From contig CDMY01000297.1 of NCBI GenBank assembly GCA_001179505.1, forward strand, positions 66,919 to 130,918: DNA of 64,000 bases, given 5' to 3'. The translations under genes and the position numbers were made by a program. Positions 48,914 to 59,960 of the stretch are shown here, in pieces. Within the stretch, counting starts at the first letter, position 1. Every line of letters begins with the position of its first letter. A model generated the notes under the pieces. The model had not been told where the DNA came from. It saw only the letters and a list, made by a program, of their open reading frames with translations, and ran no database searches. This DNA comes from Vitrella brassicaformis CCMP3155. Taxonomy: Eukaryota; Protista; Chromerida.

Positions 48914-51700
48914 TCATAGTATTGCGGGATCGATGATCGAGAATCCCGCCTCACTCTTGCGCCCCCAGCCCTTGTCGAGCCACAGCATCGCCACATCCAC
49001 CTGCTTCTCAAGCCTACACACACAAATCCAGAGATAGGATGGAAACGTGACAGAGACGATGACGCCCAGAATCTGCGCACCTTTTCTTGTCAAAGACGGC
49101 GTCCGGTGCGAACTGCCCGTGAAGCCCCAATGGGAGGGCATACTGCAGGGGCAGCCTCCTGATCGGCCCCTGACTGATGTCACGCGCCTCAAAGATCAAC
49201 AGCTGCACCAACATCACAGCCACACGCGACGGGAGATTGCGTCACTGACTGGCCTTTTGGTAGCAAGTGTTTCGGTGATGTCGCGTACCTCAGATTTCAT
49301 ATCTCGCCCGTTAAAGAGGTATGCCAGTAGGTATCCCTCGTCCTCCGGCGTGTCGGGATATGGCGGCTTGGCCTTCTTGGGGGCGAACACCATCTCGCCA
49401 ACGAACTCGTGGGGCTCGGGCAACCATATCTGACAATGAAGGGATAAGGACGCACGCAGAGAAGGGGATTCCAGTCCATGCTTGAGTGATGGATGGCGCC
49501 CTTAAAATGCGTACCTGTCTCTCATTTGTCTCCACGTCCAGCTTGACGGGCGCCTGTACAGGGCCGCTCGGACCCACCTCACTCTGGGCACAGAACCACA
49601 CATACCTGTGCGCACCATACACACGAGCCACAGCACATTTATCTCATTGCGCAAGTCTTGCAAGGATGGCTTCCCCCGGTGCTTGCCTGTGTTTTTGTGT
49701 GACGACTCGTGGGTTGACTGTGGGGAAGTCCAGCGAGCGGTCTGTGACGAGCGGCTCCTTCCTGAAGGTGCCGTCACGGGTGTTCAGTCGATACCGATAC
49801 ATCAGAGACTGACACACACACAATAAAGGGAGATGATTCCAGAAGAGTGATGAATGCGTTGTATCTGGATGTGTGTATACCTTTGACACGTTGGCGAAGA
49901 GGTCCTCTGCTTCGTAGAGCGGAATGTCATCGTCGATGTCGAACTTATCGTAGTTGTCTATCGTCACCACATCAACCACCACCTCACCCGTGGCTGGAGA
50001 CACACACACACACACACACACAGAGACAGAGAGAGAGGACAGGCAGACAGACAGGAGGGAAACGATCCGATACGTCCGTCGGCCATGTTTGCCGTGTTCA
50101 TGTGTGGCTCACCCTTGTCCTCATACGAATTGACGAAGTGAAAGTTGAAGAAGCTGTCGATCGGCACACTGATCAATCCCTCGCCATCCTGACACACACC
50201 ACCGGCACACGCAACCAAGATGCAACCACATCTCCTCACAGACACGTGTGTTAGCTACGCGTGTACCTTCATGTTGCTGTCTCTGGGCAGCAGGTGGACG
50301 ACTGCAGGTTTGGTTTTGTCGAAGTCGATGCACTCGAAGGCCGTCTTCGTGCCCAAAAGGAAAGCGAAAGGGTTGAAGCTGGTCGGGTTCTGGAACCACA
50401 CATAATAGCTGCACACACACAGACCAGGGAGAATTCACCGACATTGCTTTAGACGGTGACTGAGAGGCTCCGTCTGGCGTGCTTACTTGTCTGTCAGCGC
50501 CCAGTCGTGCATGAATGGCGTCCCCTGGACGTTGAACGACTTCCGCGACACACAGTCAAACTGGTCGTCGTACTCCCATGCGGTCACCTGCGCGGACACA
50601 AACACACACCACACACATCGACGCCGCTTCCTGCCCATCATCCCTTTTCGTCTCGGTTCCCACCTTGCCCGAGTTAAGTCCGATTTTGGTGCCGAAGTTG
50701 ACTAGCCGATTGCGAATGGGGTCGATCTTGTAGTGGGCGCTGAACGGGTCCCTCGTGTTCTCCAGCGACTTGCGGAGGTCGGTGGCCCCCCAGCAGCCCA
50801 GAGCAATTGGGTCCATGTTCCAGGGCGCCGCCCCCTCCCACAAGGCGAGCAGGAATCCCGACCAATAGACCACATGGGTGTTGGCGACGTTGCGAAGGAA
50901 CGTGTCGAAAACGTTACGTATCCATCCGCCTTTCTTCTGTGTGCCGACGCCCCTGTAGAGGATGCGGTTGGCCCTCAGCTCCCGCAGGTAGTAGGGGCTT
51001 CGGATGAACTTGTTCCTGAAGAACGCCGTGCTGTCCTGAAAGGTCACCGCCGCTATCTGAGAGGCCGAGAGGGACAAAATCATGTGTGCGCAGATCAGTG
51101 TGTCGGCCTCTTCGTCCCTCGTGCGGGCCTACCATTCCATGTGCGTCGAATGGGTGTGTGATCTTCTCGCCGCCGATCTCAAACTTCGCAGGGATGTTCT
51201 TGAAGAACGTTCCCTGCGCGACCACATGAGCACATCACACGGGCACGGCCACACAAATGAGAAACTACCATCATGCTTGACCCAGCAATGCCGTTTCCTC
51301 ACCTCCAGGTCGCTCGGTATGTCCCCCTCAAGGTAATAGTAGCCTTCTGGTGGCTCCATGAAGTTCCGCTTGAACGCATCTACGTCACACAGCGACCTGA
51401 ACACGAAGAGAACCCACGAAGAAGCCATTCCCTTCATGGCACGTTGCTGTGCGCTTACGGGTCATGCCTGGACTCCCGCCTTGGCTCAATGGCTGTCGGT
51501 GGTGGCTCACTGATGGCCGTCGGCGCACCAGACATCCTCAGCGACGCAAAACCGCTGCGAACGCGACCAGTTCTCTTTCGTGTTGGCCCCTCCTCGCTTC
51601 TCAGGGGCAACAGGAATGCTGTTGGCGGTCTGCTGAGTGCAAAGGTGTCGTCAGCAAGCAGCGCAAGCGGGAGCAAGAAAGCTGCCAGATTCGACCACAT
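48914..51700 (-). CDS. Carotenoid cleavage dioxygenase (RPE65/ACO family) with bipartite plastid-targeting presequence
   Basis: EGDIPSDLEGTFFKN, HPFDAHGM, NVANT; four Fe-ligand His in AHYKID, MHDW, FHFVNSYE, GLHG; DFPTVNP; EDEGYLL. N-terminal signal peptide MWSNLAAFLLPLALLA followed by an Arg/Ser-rich transit-like segment. Confidence 0.93.
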
Positions 51701-52443
51701 GACAGCAAGGGTCTGATCTGACACAAACTGAGTCGTGAGATCGGCAAAACGACGGTCCTCGGAAACAGCTAAGCTCGCAGACCGATCGCTGGTCGCGTAC
51801 GCACGCAGAGGGAAAATGAAGCTCAGAGGCTCCTTGCTCGCAGAGGCGAGGAACACACAAATAACACACAAACGGATGAGAACATTCAATAAATTGAGAA
51901 CATTGTGCGGCTGTCACTGGTGTGTTGGTGCTGGCGCATCAGGATGGCTGTGTGGGGGGTGCCCACCCCTCCATCTACGTATGCTGTGCGTTTCCACGCC
52001 ATTGATTCATGCAGGCGATGACGCCCTTCTGCAACAACAGTGGAGGGACGGTCAACAGTTGTGTGTTGTCCGTGAGCTGCCCGCTGAGAGCGCTGTGCCT
52101 GAGTCATCATCTGCTAACGTGTTGCCGTCCGCTGCCCTCCCCCCTTCGCCCCCAGCAGGCGGCCGGCCACGACGCTGCCGACAGCATCGGAGGACACAAA
52201 GACCACGGCAAGGAAGCAGAGGGATCGGGTGGCTCACGTGGGTGTGGTGACAATGGACGAGGCGTTATCGGTGGTGTGGTGGGCGGTGAGGAGGCCGGGC
52301 GGACAAGGGCTGCAGGGTGTCGGATGCGTCGAGTGGGTGTGGTGGGGATGGAGGAGGCATTGTCGGTGGCGTGGTGTGCACTGAGGGTCTGTCTGGCGGT
52401 GCGTTCGCAGACCCCGTCTGCTTGGAGAGGCTCCTTCGGTTAG

Positions 52444-52658
52444 GGTGACCGTAGCGTGTCCAGAGGGACTGCGCTGCTGGGTGGCAAGCAGACGCTCGAC
52501 GACCACGATGGTGAGTCAACAAAGACACAACACCCACGCTTCCATCTGTGCAAATCATATAGCTGTGTCTTTCTTCGCCATTGATTCGTGCAGGCGATGA
52601 CACCCCTCTGCGCCGCCTGAGCTGCTTTGCCAACTGCACTGGTACAGAGGGGAGATGA
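52444..52658 (+). pseudogene. Paralog (exons 2-3) of the secreted Cys-rich peptide precursor; exon 1 unresolved, possibly degenerate
   Basis: GDRSVSRGTALLGGKQTLDDHDG|DDTPLRRLSCFANCTGTEGR*, with the same phase-1 intron as the copy at 58596-58981. Confidence 0.55.
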
Positions 52659-53899
52659 CTGATGCAGAAGCTCTCATTCATTCGTACAGCTGGCGACGCC
52701 TTCAGTCGCACAGGTGCTGAACACACTCACGTACACGCCCATGGATGAGGCGTGCATTTGATGTTGACTCTCTCTCTCTCTCTCTTCAGTCTGCGAGTGC
52801 ATGTGTGCATGACTGAAGAGTGAGTACAGACAAAGATAGATAGATATGAGGCATCCGATGTCGTCATCGTATTGCAGACTCGGATGCGTTCATGAATGGC
52901 CTGTGACTGAAGTACTATTATGTCCAGTCAGCCATATCTCACTCGTCAAACAAACTGCACGTGCCACACTGCCTCATGAACAGGACAGAACACTGCAGGC
53001 AATGTGATCGAATCAGATAAATTTCTCAGTTCACAAATAACCAGGCCGGATTGTCGAGCGCCCTGTGAAAGCCGAGAAAGTGAGAGACAGGCACATACCT
53101 GTGCACATACAACATGGACACCAAGCATGCAAGACATACCTGGCAAGCCACTCCCCCGGCCCAGGGGAAGTACACAAGCCAGGCGGCCCCAAGGGGTCGC
53201 ATGACACGACACCATCGAACGTCCCTGCCTGGTTTTCGCAGGGCTGCTAACCGTTTCCGTGTTCATGGAGACGCGATGAATGAATGAATTAAGTCACGGA
53301 CATGTGTGTGAATGTGCGCGTGTTCATTGGCGCCAAATCGAAAACGCGTACGTTACCATGCACGATGGATGGCGAGTCATGTGACTTGAATTGCATGTGG
53401 ACACTCACAACAAAACCATCGACGGACCCAACAACATGAAGCGATGCAATGCTGTCTATCAATTGACGCGATCTGTCTGCCAATTGGATACAGCCTGCCC
53501 ACGCGCCTCATAGTGGAGCAACAGCATGAACGGCGGGCAGGGACGATTGCCCTCTCATCAGCGTCAGCACGACGCTTCCGTCCCCTTACAGGCGCAAAAA
53601 GTCACGAAAGAATGCACGAATAGACAAATAGGCCGGCCGTCATTGCACGTCATACGTGCAAGCGTCACACCGACAACGGACGAAGAGACCTGGAAATGAA
53701 GCAGGCAGGCAGAAATGACCACACACAGAATAACACTGGAGCTGGCAGCCGATCTCTTCTGACCTGCAGCACACGGGACGCGCGGCTGAATGTAGAAATG
53801 CCGACAAGTTGAGTGCCGCGATCGGAGGCCCGCAAACAATGCCGAGCTCACGGACGATGTCCGTCGGTTGCCCCATGAATGTTTGGCTGCAAAGAGCGG

Positions 53900-56800
53900 C
53901 TAACCACGGAAGGGATAGGCCTCTTCTGCACGAAAACACAATCAGAACACACAGACAGCAACAAGCCATTGGTGTCCTTGCATCCTCTGTCTTCCGTCCT
54001 GCGTACCGCAAATTACGAGCACGGGGCAGTCTTGAAACAGACGAATACGATTTTCCACGCCGTCTCGAGTGAAATTGACACTGATAGTTAACGGAACACT
54101 TCGAACAACGAAGCCGCCGCGCCCTTGGGTCTCGTTTCTAAGGCGCTCGATCTGGTCAGGGAAGCAGTCTAGGGCTCCCTCCTTGAATTCGCCGGAGACC
54201 TGGAGGGGGGAAACCTCTGTCACATTGAAGCTTTCCTTCAGTTCGCTTTCGGTGGGCGCAATGCGGGCGATAGTACTGAAGGGCAAAGAGACCAAACAGC
54301 AAGACAGTGACGAACAGGAATGCCAACGGAGTGCTGCTTGGTTGATTTGCATGTCACCTGAGGTCGATGCCGTCGATCGTTGTCAGGGCCATGATGTTTT
54401 GGGTCTCGCCGTCAGGTGGTGGTGGGGGGGTGGCGGACAGATCGACGGTATCAACGACGATGGGCTCATGGGAAAGGCACTGAATCTGAACTGGCGGGGC
54501 TGGGAGAAAGAGACGAGACAGACACGCGTATATCAAAAGTCAGACCCCGTAGATGTCTCCGGTTCAACTCACATTGTTCAGTCCCGATGCCGCACACCTC
54601 TCTCAAGGGCCCCGTTATTACAGATACCCATTGCGATAAGTCCTGTCCCTCACTGAACCAGGACATTCTGAAGAAGCTCCAGAGATCTGTCACGTTGTCA
54701 TTATCTGAGTCCCGGACCTGAACATCAAATGCATCAGAGGACGGACATGAGCATGAAAGCTGGTCTTTGTTGGTATGTCTACCTATGCCCACCTGCAGCG
54801 CAGGGACGGAGAATACGGTTTGTTGACGGCTCGAATTCGTCTTCGGATCATACTCACTTGAGTTGAAAGTCCCATTGGTCTCGTGCGTGAACGTTTGGGT
54901 CACATTCAGGTAACACTCGTCGCTGGCATTGAGAACCGTGTACTGCATCTCTCCAATCGGCGCGCTTGAGGTGATCAGCACCTCCGGAAAAAGGACTCTT
55001 TTGCGACTTACACCAGGCCCCACACTCTCAATCACGGGGGCAAACGTCGTGGTCTTCTCTTTTCCTCGGCTGAGGGCCTGGTTTTCTGCTGGGTCGAAGG
55101 AGACGCCACCGACAAGTGTGCCTGCACATACAGCAAGCACACACGTATCAGGAGGGGAATCCATGACAGGCTGTTTTCTCCGTCCCTGGCTTATGTATGC
55201 ACCCACCTTCGACGAACATCAGTGTGCCTTGGCAGTCTTCAGGCCACACCTGCTCCACCGTCCCTTTGATCTCCACATTTGCAAAGCCCACCTGCGGCTG
55301 ATCGTTGCCCGAATAATTGACTGCTGCTATTCGACGATCCAGGCTCCCCACATCATAGCGAATCCTCACTTGGACATCAGCCCACTCTCCCTCGCAGCTG
55401 AAATAATACGTCGACTCGTCTGTGGGCGCGAATTTATCAGTAGGAGAAGTGTTAGTCTCTCGGTCGACTATTAGTTGGAGACACCATTGGTCGACAGGTG
55501 GTGGGTCGATGCCGTCTTCGAGAGCTGAGCTGTTGTACTTGAAATCCGTCATGCGGTATGTCGACGGCTGGGCTGTAGGCGGGGCAGACAGATTAGCAGC
55601 GGGGCATGCCTCAACTGAGACACAAACGACAGGAATGTACACAGCAGACAGGCGAGCTCTCTCTGCTTTCTCTTGCAGCTTACAGCACTCAAATCCCATC
55701 ATGCATTCTTCTTCCCAAATGACTTTGAACCCCTCTTCATCCTCATCAAATGCCGCTATCGTGTCATTGCACCGCATATCCGTGTCTTTTTTATTCACAA
55801 ATTTTACGCTTGCCACGATGTTGTGGTCGCCTTCCTTGGCTTTTCCGTCATGTCGACATGAGAAGTTACTCAGTTGCTCTATTTGTACGGCAACGCACGT
55901 ATCCTCTCCGAGAACCCCCCCATTGGGCGCAAGAGCGACGGCCGTGATCTCGCCGACGAACTCCGGGTGCAGAAGCTCCTTAAGGAATTCCACGCGGCCA
56001 ACCTGGTCAAAGCCGGAGGGGAATGTCTGCAGTCTTGGTCCTCGACAATTGGCCAACACTCAGAGACAGACAGACAGACAGACAGACAGATGGAAGAGGA
56101 AAATATGTCGCATGTTAGTGCTTTTGCTCCATCTACCTTCTCTATCATCGATCAAAGGGCCTGAGAAAACGACAGACAACCAGATTGATCAAACGGCCTG
56201 ACAGATCTCCTGATACTGAAGGGTACCTACCGAGCGAACCCTTCAGTATCAAGTCAAGCGACGTGCCCGTCTCCGTGTTCAAGAGCTCAAAAGACCGAAA
56301 CGGCGCACTGGGATCAGTGCCGAAGGTACAAAGGACCGACACAGCAAGAGAGATGTTCTCAAACATGGGATCTGACACATTGCAATTGGATAAAGTGTCA
56401 TTGAGTAGCTCCGGCGTAGCAAGCAAAAAGTCCCCGGTCAACACGCTGGCGAAGGACAGGTCTGGCGACTTGTCTCCTGGCTGAAAGACGGGAAAGTGAA
56501 TCGTTGGAAGGGCCTCGCCGAGGAGCGCTTCTTGGAGGTCTTGACCTAGACGGAATCCCGACTCAAGCTCGCTCGACGCTACGTTAGCAGGCGGGCGCTC
56601 TTCCCGATACTTGTTCGCAAGCTCGATGCAGATCTCACTGCACTCCCGAAACGCCTTTCGATTGTCTATGGCAAACTCGCTGGCCTCCAACGGGTTCTGA
56701 GACAGACACACAGACACCCACACATGTGCTTGTACCCTCGGCTGGTGCACGTACCCTCCGAGTGGTTTCGCTCATCGGGCCTCTCGCGTAGCCTGACGTG

Positions 56801-58323
56801 GCCATCGCGAGCCTGCCGCCTGCGTTCGTCCCCCCCGACGTCACGGTGAAGACACGCTCGTTGAGCAGAGCATCGCATTCATCAGGCACGTCATCGGGGA
56901 ACGTCATAACGCCGAGGCTGGTGTGGGCGGCAGGTGATAGTATGGCCACGGTCCTTGCAATGACGAGGTCGTCCTGCTCCTCGTTGCCGACGATGAGAAT
57001 CCGCTGCGGCTCCTGGTAGTCAAATTGCTGGGCGATGAGAGACTCCGACTCGTCCACATAGCCCGTCAAAGTGACCTCGATCTGCGCCTCAATGCCCTCG
57101 CACGCCGGATTGCTGGACTTCTCCACAACCATGACTCCTTGGATCGTTGCAACGGCCGGTATTAGTACGTTGCCGGTGCGATTAGAACACAGCCCGGTCT
57201 CGGGGCAGTCGAATTGGAGGGTCACGCTGACGCCCTCTGTCGTGTCGCACGAGAGGTCCAAGAAGAAGTCATCGAGCCCACTATCATCATTCTTCTTGCC
57301 CTGGATCCTCATGCAGCTCGACACACCGGTGCCCACGTTCTTGATGGTATCGAGGTAGGCATTCGAGTGCACGTCTTCAAACAGATAAGTGCCGGGCACC
57401 AGCTGGGCGAACGTCGACTCTTGCGGCACTGGAAACCGCTCGTTCGGCAGCCAACTCTGGTTTCTTGGGTCGGGCCCCATGTCTTCCCTTCTCTCGACGA
57501 CAGGCAGGCTGTCCGCACAGTCGAAGGGCACAGCGAAGCGGTTGACGGCATTGAAGCACGGATCCAGCTCCGCCGGGAAACACAGCGACGATGGCTTGCC
57601 GCTGACGACACCCTTGGTGAGCCTGACATCGCCTTGTGCCACCTCGGCCGCCTCACCGAACAGACCTCTGGTGTCTTCGATGCAGTAGCAGAAGCGCGAG
57701 TCGCTGGTCCGCGCACAAATAGGCTTGTTAGACGGGCAGCTGACAGACAGGCAGACAGACAGCATACCGACGTTGCCATCACGACCAATCACGTGTGTGT
57801 ACCTTCCGAGAGCTGCCGTTCCCAGGTCAGTGATGTTTGTGCGATTGACGCCGCTAGGCTCCCCGCACAAAATGGACTGATTCTCGCCCGACGCAGTCAC
57901 GTCACCCGCCGTATCTGAGCTCCTGCTATTATTCAAGCCGTCATTGAGGGCGATTTCCTGTTGGATTTGTAGATAGACTTCGACGTTCTCATTGTACAGG
58001 CACTGCCCGAAGTTGCCCCGCTCGGGGTGGTCGACGATGGGCAGCAGAGCATTGGGCTCGCATCTCGAAAGGGGCTCAGTTTGAAGGAATTCTGGCAACG
58101 AGTTGACGGCTGAAAACAAACCGGGAAGTCAACGGAAGAAGCGTGGCCTCACAACGTGTGTCCTCGAGTGCTCACGTGGCAGGCAGTTCTTGTTGGCTAC
58201 AGCCACAGGTCCGAAGGTATTTCCCGAGAGGCAGGCAGTCGTGAACTGACCCACAGCACCTCTCCTCTCCCAGTGGGTAAGCACGATGAGGAACAGGCAC
58301 ACGAGAAGCCACCCTGCCAGCAT
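53900..58323 (-). CDS. Large secreted Cys-containing hypothetical glycoprotein, copy A
   Basis: Signal peptide MLAGWLLVCLFLIVLTHWERRGAVG; long exons with many N-x-S/T sites; last exon VICE|EAYPFRG* in the frame conserved with copy B; no transmembrane anchor seen. Confidence 0.75.
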
Positions 58324-58595
58324 ACGATTCGCTCATTCATCTGGCCTCCTGTCTTGAAGCAAACACAAACCAATCTTAGCAATCTGTTCTTGTCTGTCTC
58401 CTGATCCTTGCGTGTACCTGTGTTCTTCAATCTCATCGTCCATCGGGCCCGAAAAATTTACATCTGTACGGGAAGAGTTGCGAGCGTAAGTAAGGCCGCC
58501 GCCACCTCTGGCTTCACTGGATGATCGTCGGTTTGCGTTAGCGCCTGGCTGTACTCTGTGTGTGTGGATATTGCCGAGTGAAACTGAGGCCGAAG

Positions 58596-58981
58596 ATGAG
58601 ATTCCTGTGGTGTGCCTGCTTCTTTGTGGCTGTCGTGTTGACGAGTGCTGCACTCGGACAGGTGAGGGAGGGACGCAATCACACGTGCGGCACAGGCGTG
58701 AGCTGTGTGTTGTGCACATTGGCTCAGGAGGTGTCTGGCGGGACTGCGCTGCGGGGGGGAGTGAGTGGCCAGCAGACAAACGACGTCCACCAAGGTCAGC
58801 CACACGCGCACGACGACGCACGAGCACTCTTCCGTCCATCTGTTCACACGATGCCATGCTGTGCGTTCCCTCGCCGTTCCTTCGTGCAGGCGACGACGCC
58901 CCTCTGCGCCGCCTTGTCTGCTGCAGCCAATGCACCACCTCCAGCTGCTTTGCCAACTGTACAGCCGGCTGCATCCAGTGA
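58596..58981 (+). CDS. 74-aa secreted Cys-rich peptide precursor (signal - propeptide - RR - 6-Cys peptide)
   Basis: Exons 58596-58661, 58728-58794 and 58890-58981 join in frame: MRFLWCACFFVAVVLTSAALGQ EVSGGTALRGGVSGQQTNDVHQ GDDAPLRRLVCCSQCTTSSCFANCTAGCIQ*. Confidence 0.75.
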
Positions 58982-59960
58982 CATCCCTTCCCCTCTTTCT
59001 CTCTCATGCTGCAGAGGCCACACACGATGACACGATGCGCATCTATGGCTTCAATCGAATGCTCCATCTCTCTCATCAATTGGATATCGTAACTGTCTTG
59101 GATTGGATCTGACTTCTCCCTTGCATGTGCTCTCTCACTGGCGGGCAGCCATGCCATTCCCCATTGAATGAATGACTAGTGGGAGATGGACAGGCAGGCA
59201 GGCAGACGTACATGTGGACGGATGTGTGCGAGGAAAGGGCAAAGAGGCGATGCGAATGCATAGCTACAATTGAATGCTCCATCTCATCGATTGCATTTGA
59301 CTGCATCTGCTTGTGGGCCTTAGGTGGTGGCTTTGGATGGATGCGTGATGCATGTAGTCGTATTTATTCGTCCTGCTTGCTGGGACTAATTCGTGCTGCT
59401 TGATGGGACAGGGAAGTGTGGCGTGTCTTCTGCACGGACGGGAAAGTCGAAAACGTGTACATCGTCATGTCAATTGAATTGATTGCTGACATAACTCACA
59501 ACAAAACCAGCAGCGAAACCACAGCACAGCAGCACCAAGCGATGCAATGCAATGCAGCCTGTACACATGTCACCGTACAAACACATTCACGGACACGCAT
59601 GGTGCCTGCCTGACCGGTACACCTACGTTATGCGGACCTCTCATTAAGTAACAGCCAGAGATCGGCGGGCGGGGACGATTGCTTTTTCCTCTGTGTCAAC
59701 GCTCATGCACCCGTCCCCGCACACGCGCAAAAAAGCACGAATGGACAAATAGTATCCGCCATTGCACCTCGCACGTGCAAGCGGCACACCAGCAACGGAC
59801 GAAGACAGCTGGAAAGGGAGCGGACAGGGAGACATATATGCAACGAAGCGCCATCATAGGGATAACACGGTGTCCTGACCTGCAGCGCACGGGACGCGTG
59901 GCTAAATGAAGACGGATCCACCAATTGAGTGCCTCCATCACGACGATGCCCCTCGGTCGC

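Noticed and set aside
52620-52658. Likeness of SCFANC...GR to vasopressin/oxytocin
   Set aside because: The Cys spacing differs (C-x3-C versus C-x4-C) and the motif derives by deletion from the 6-Cys paralog; coincidental.
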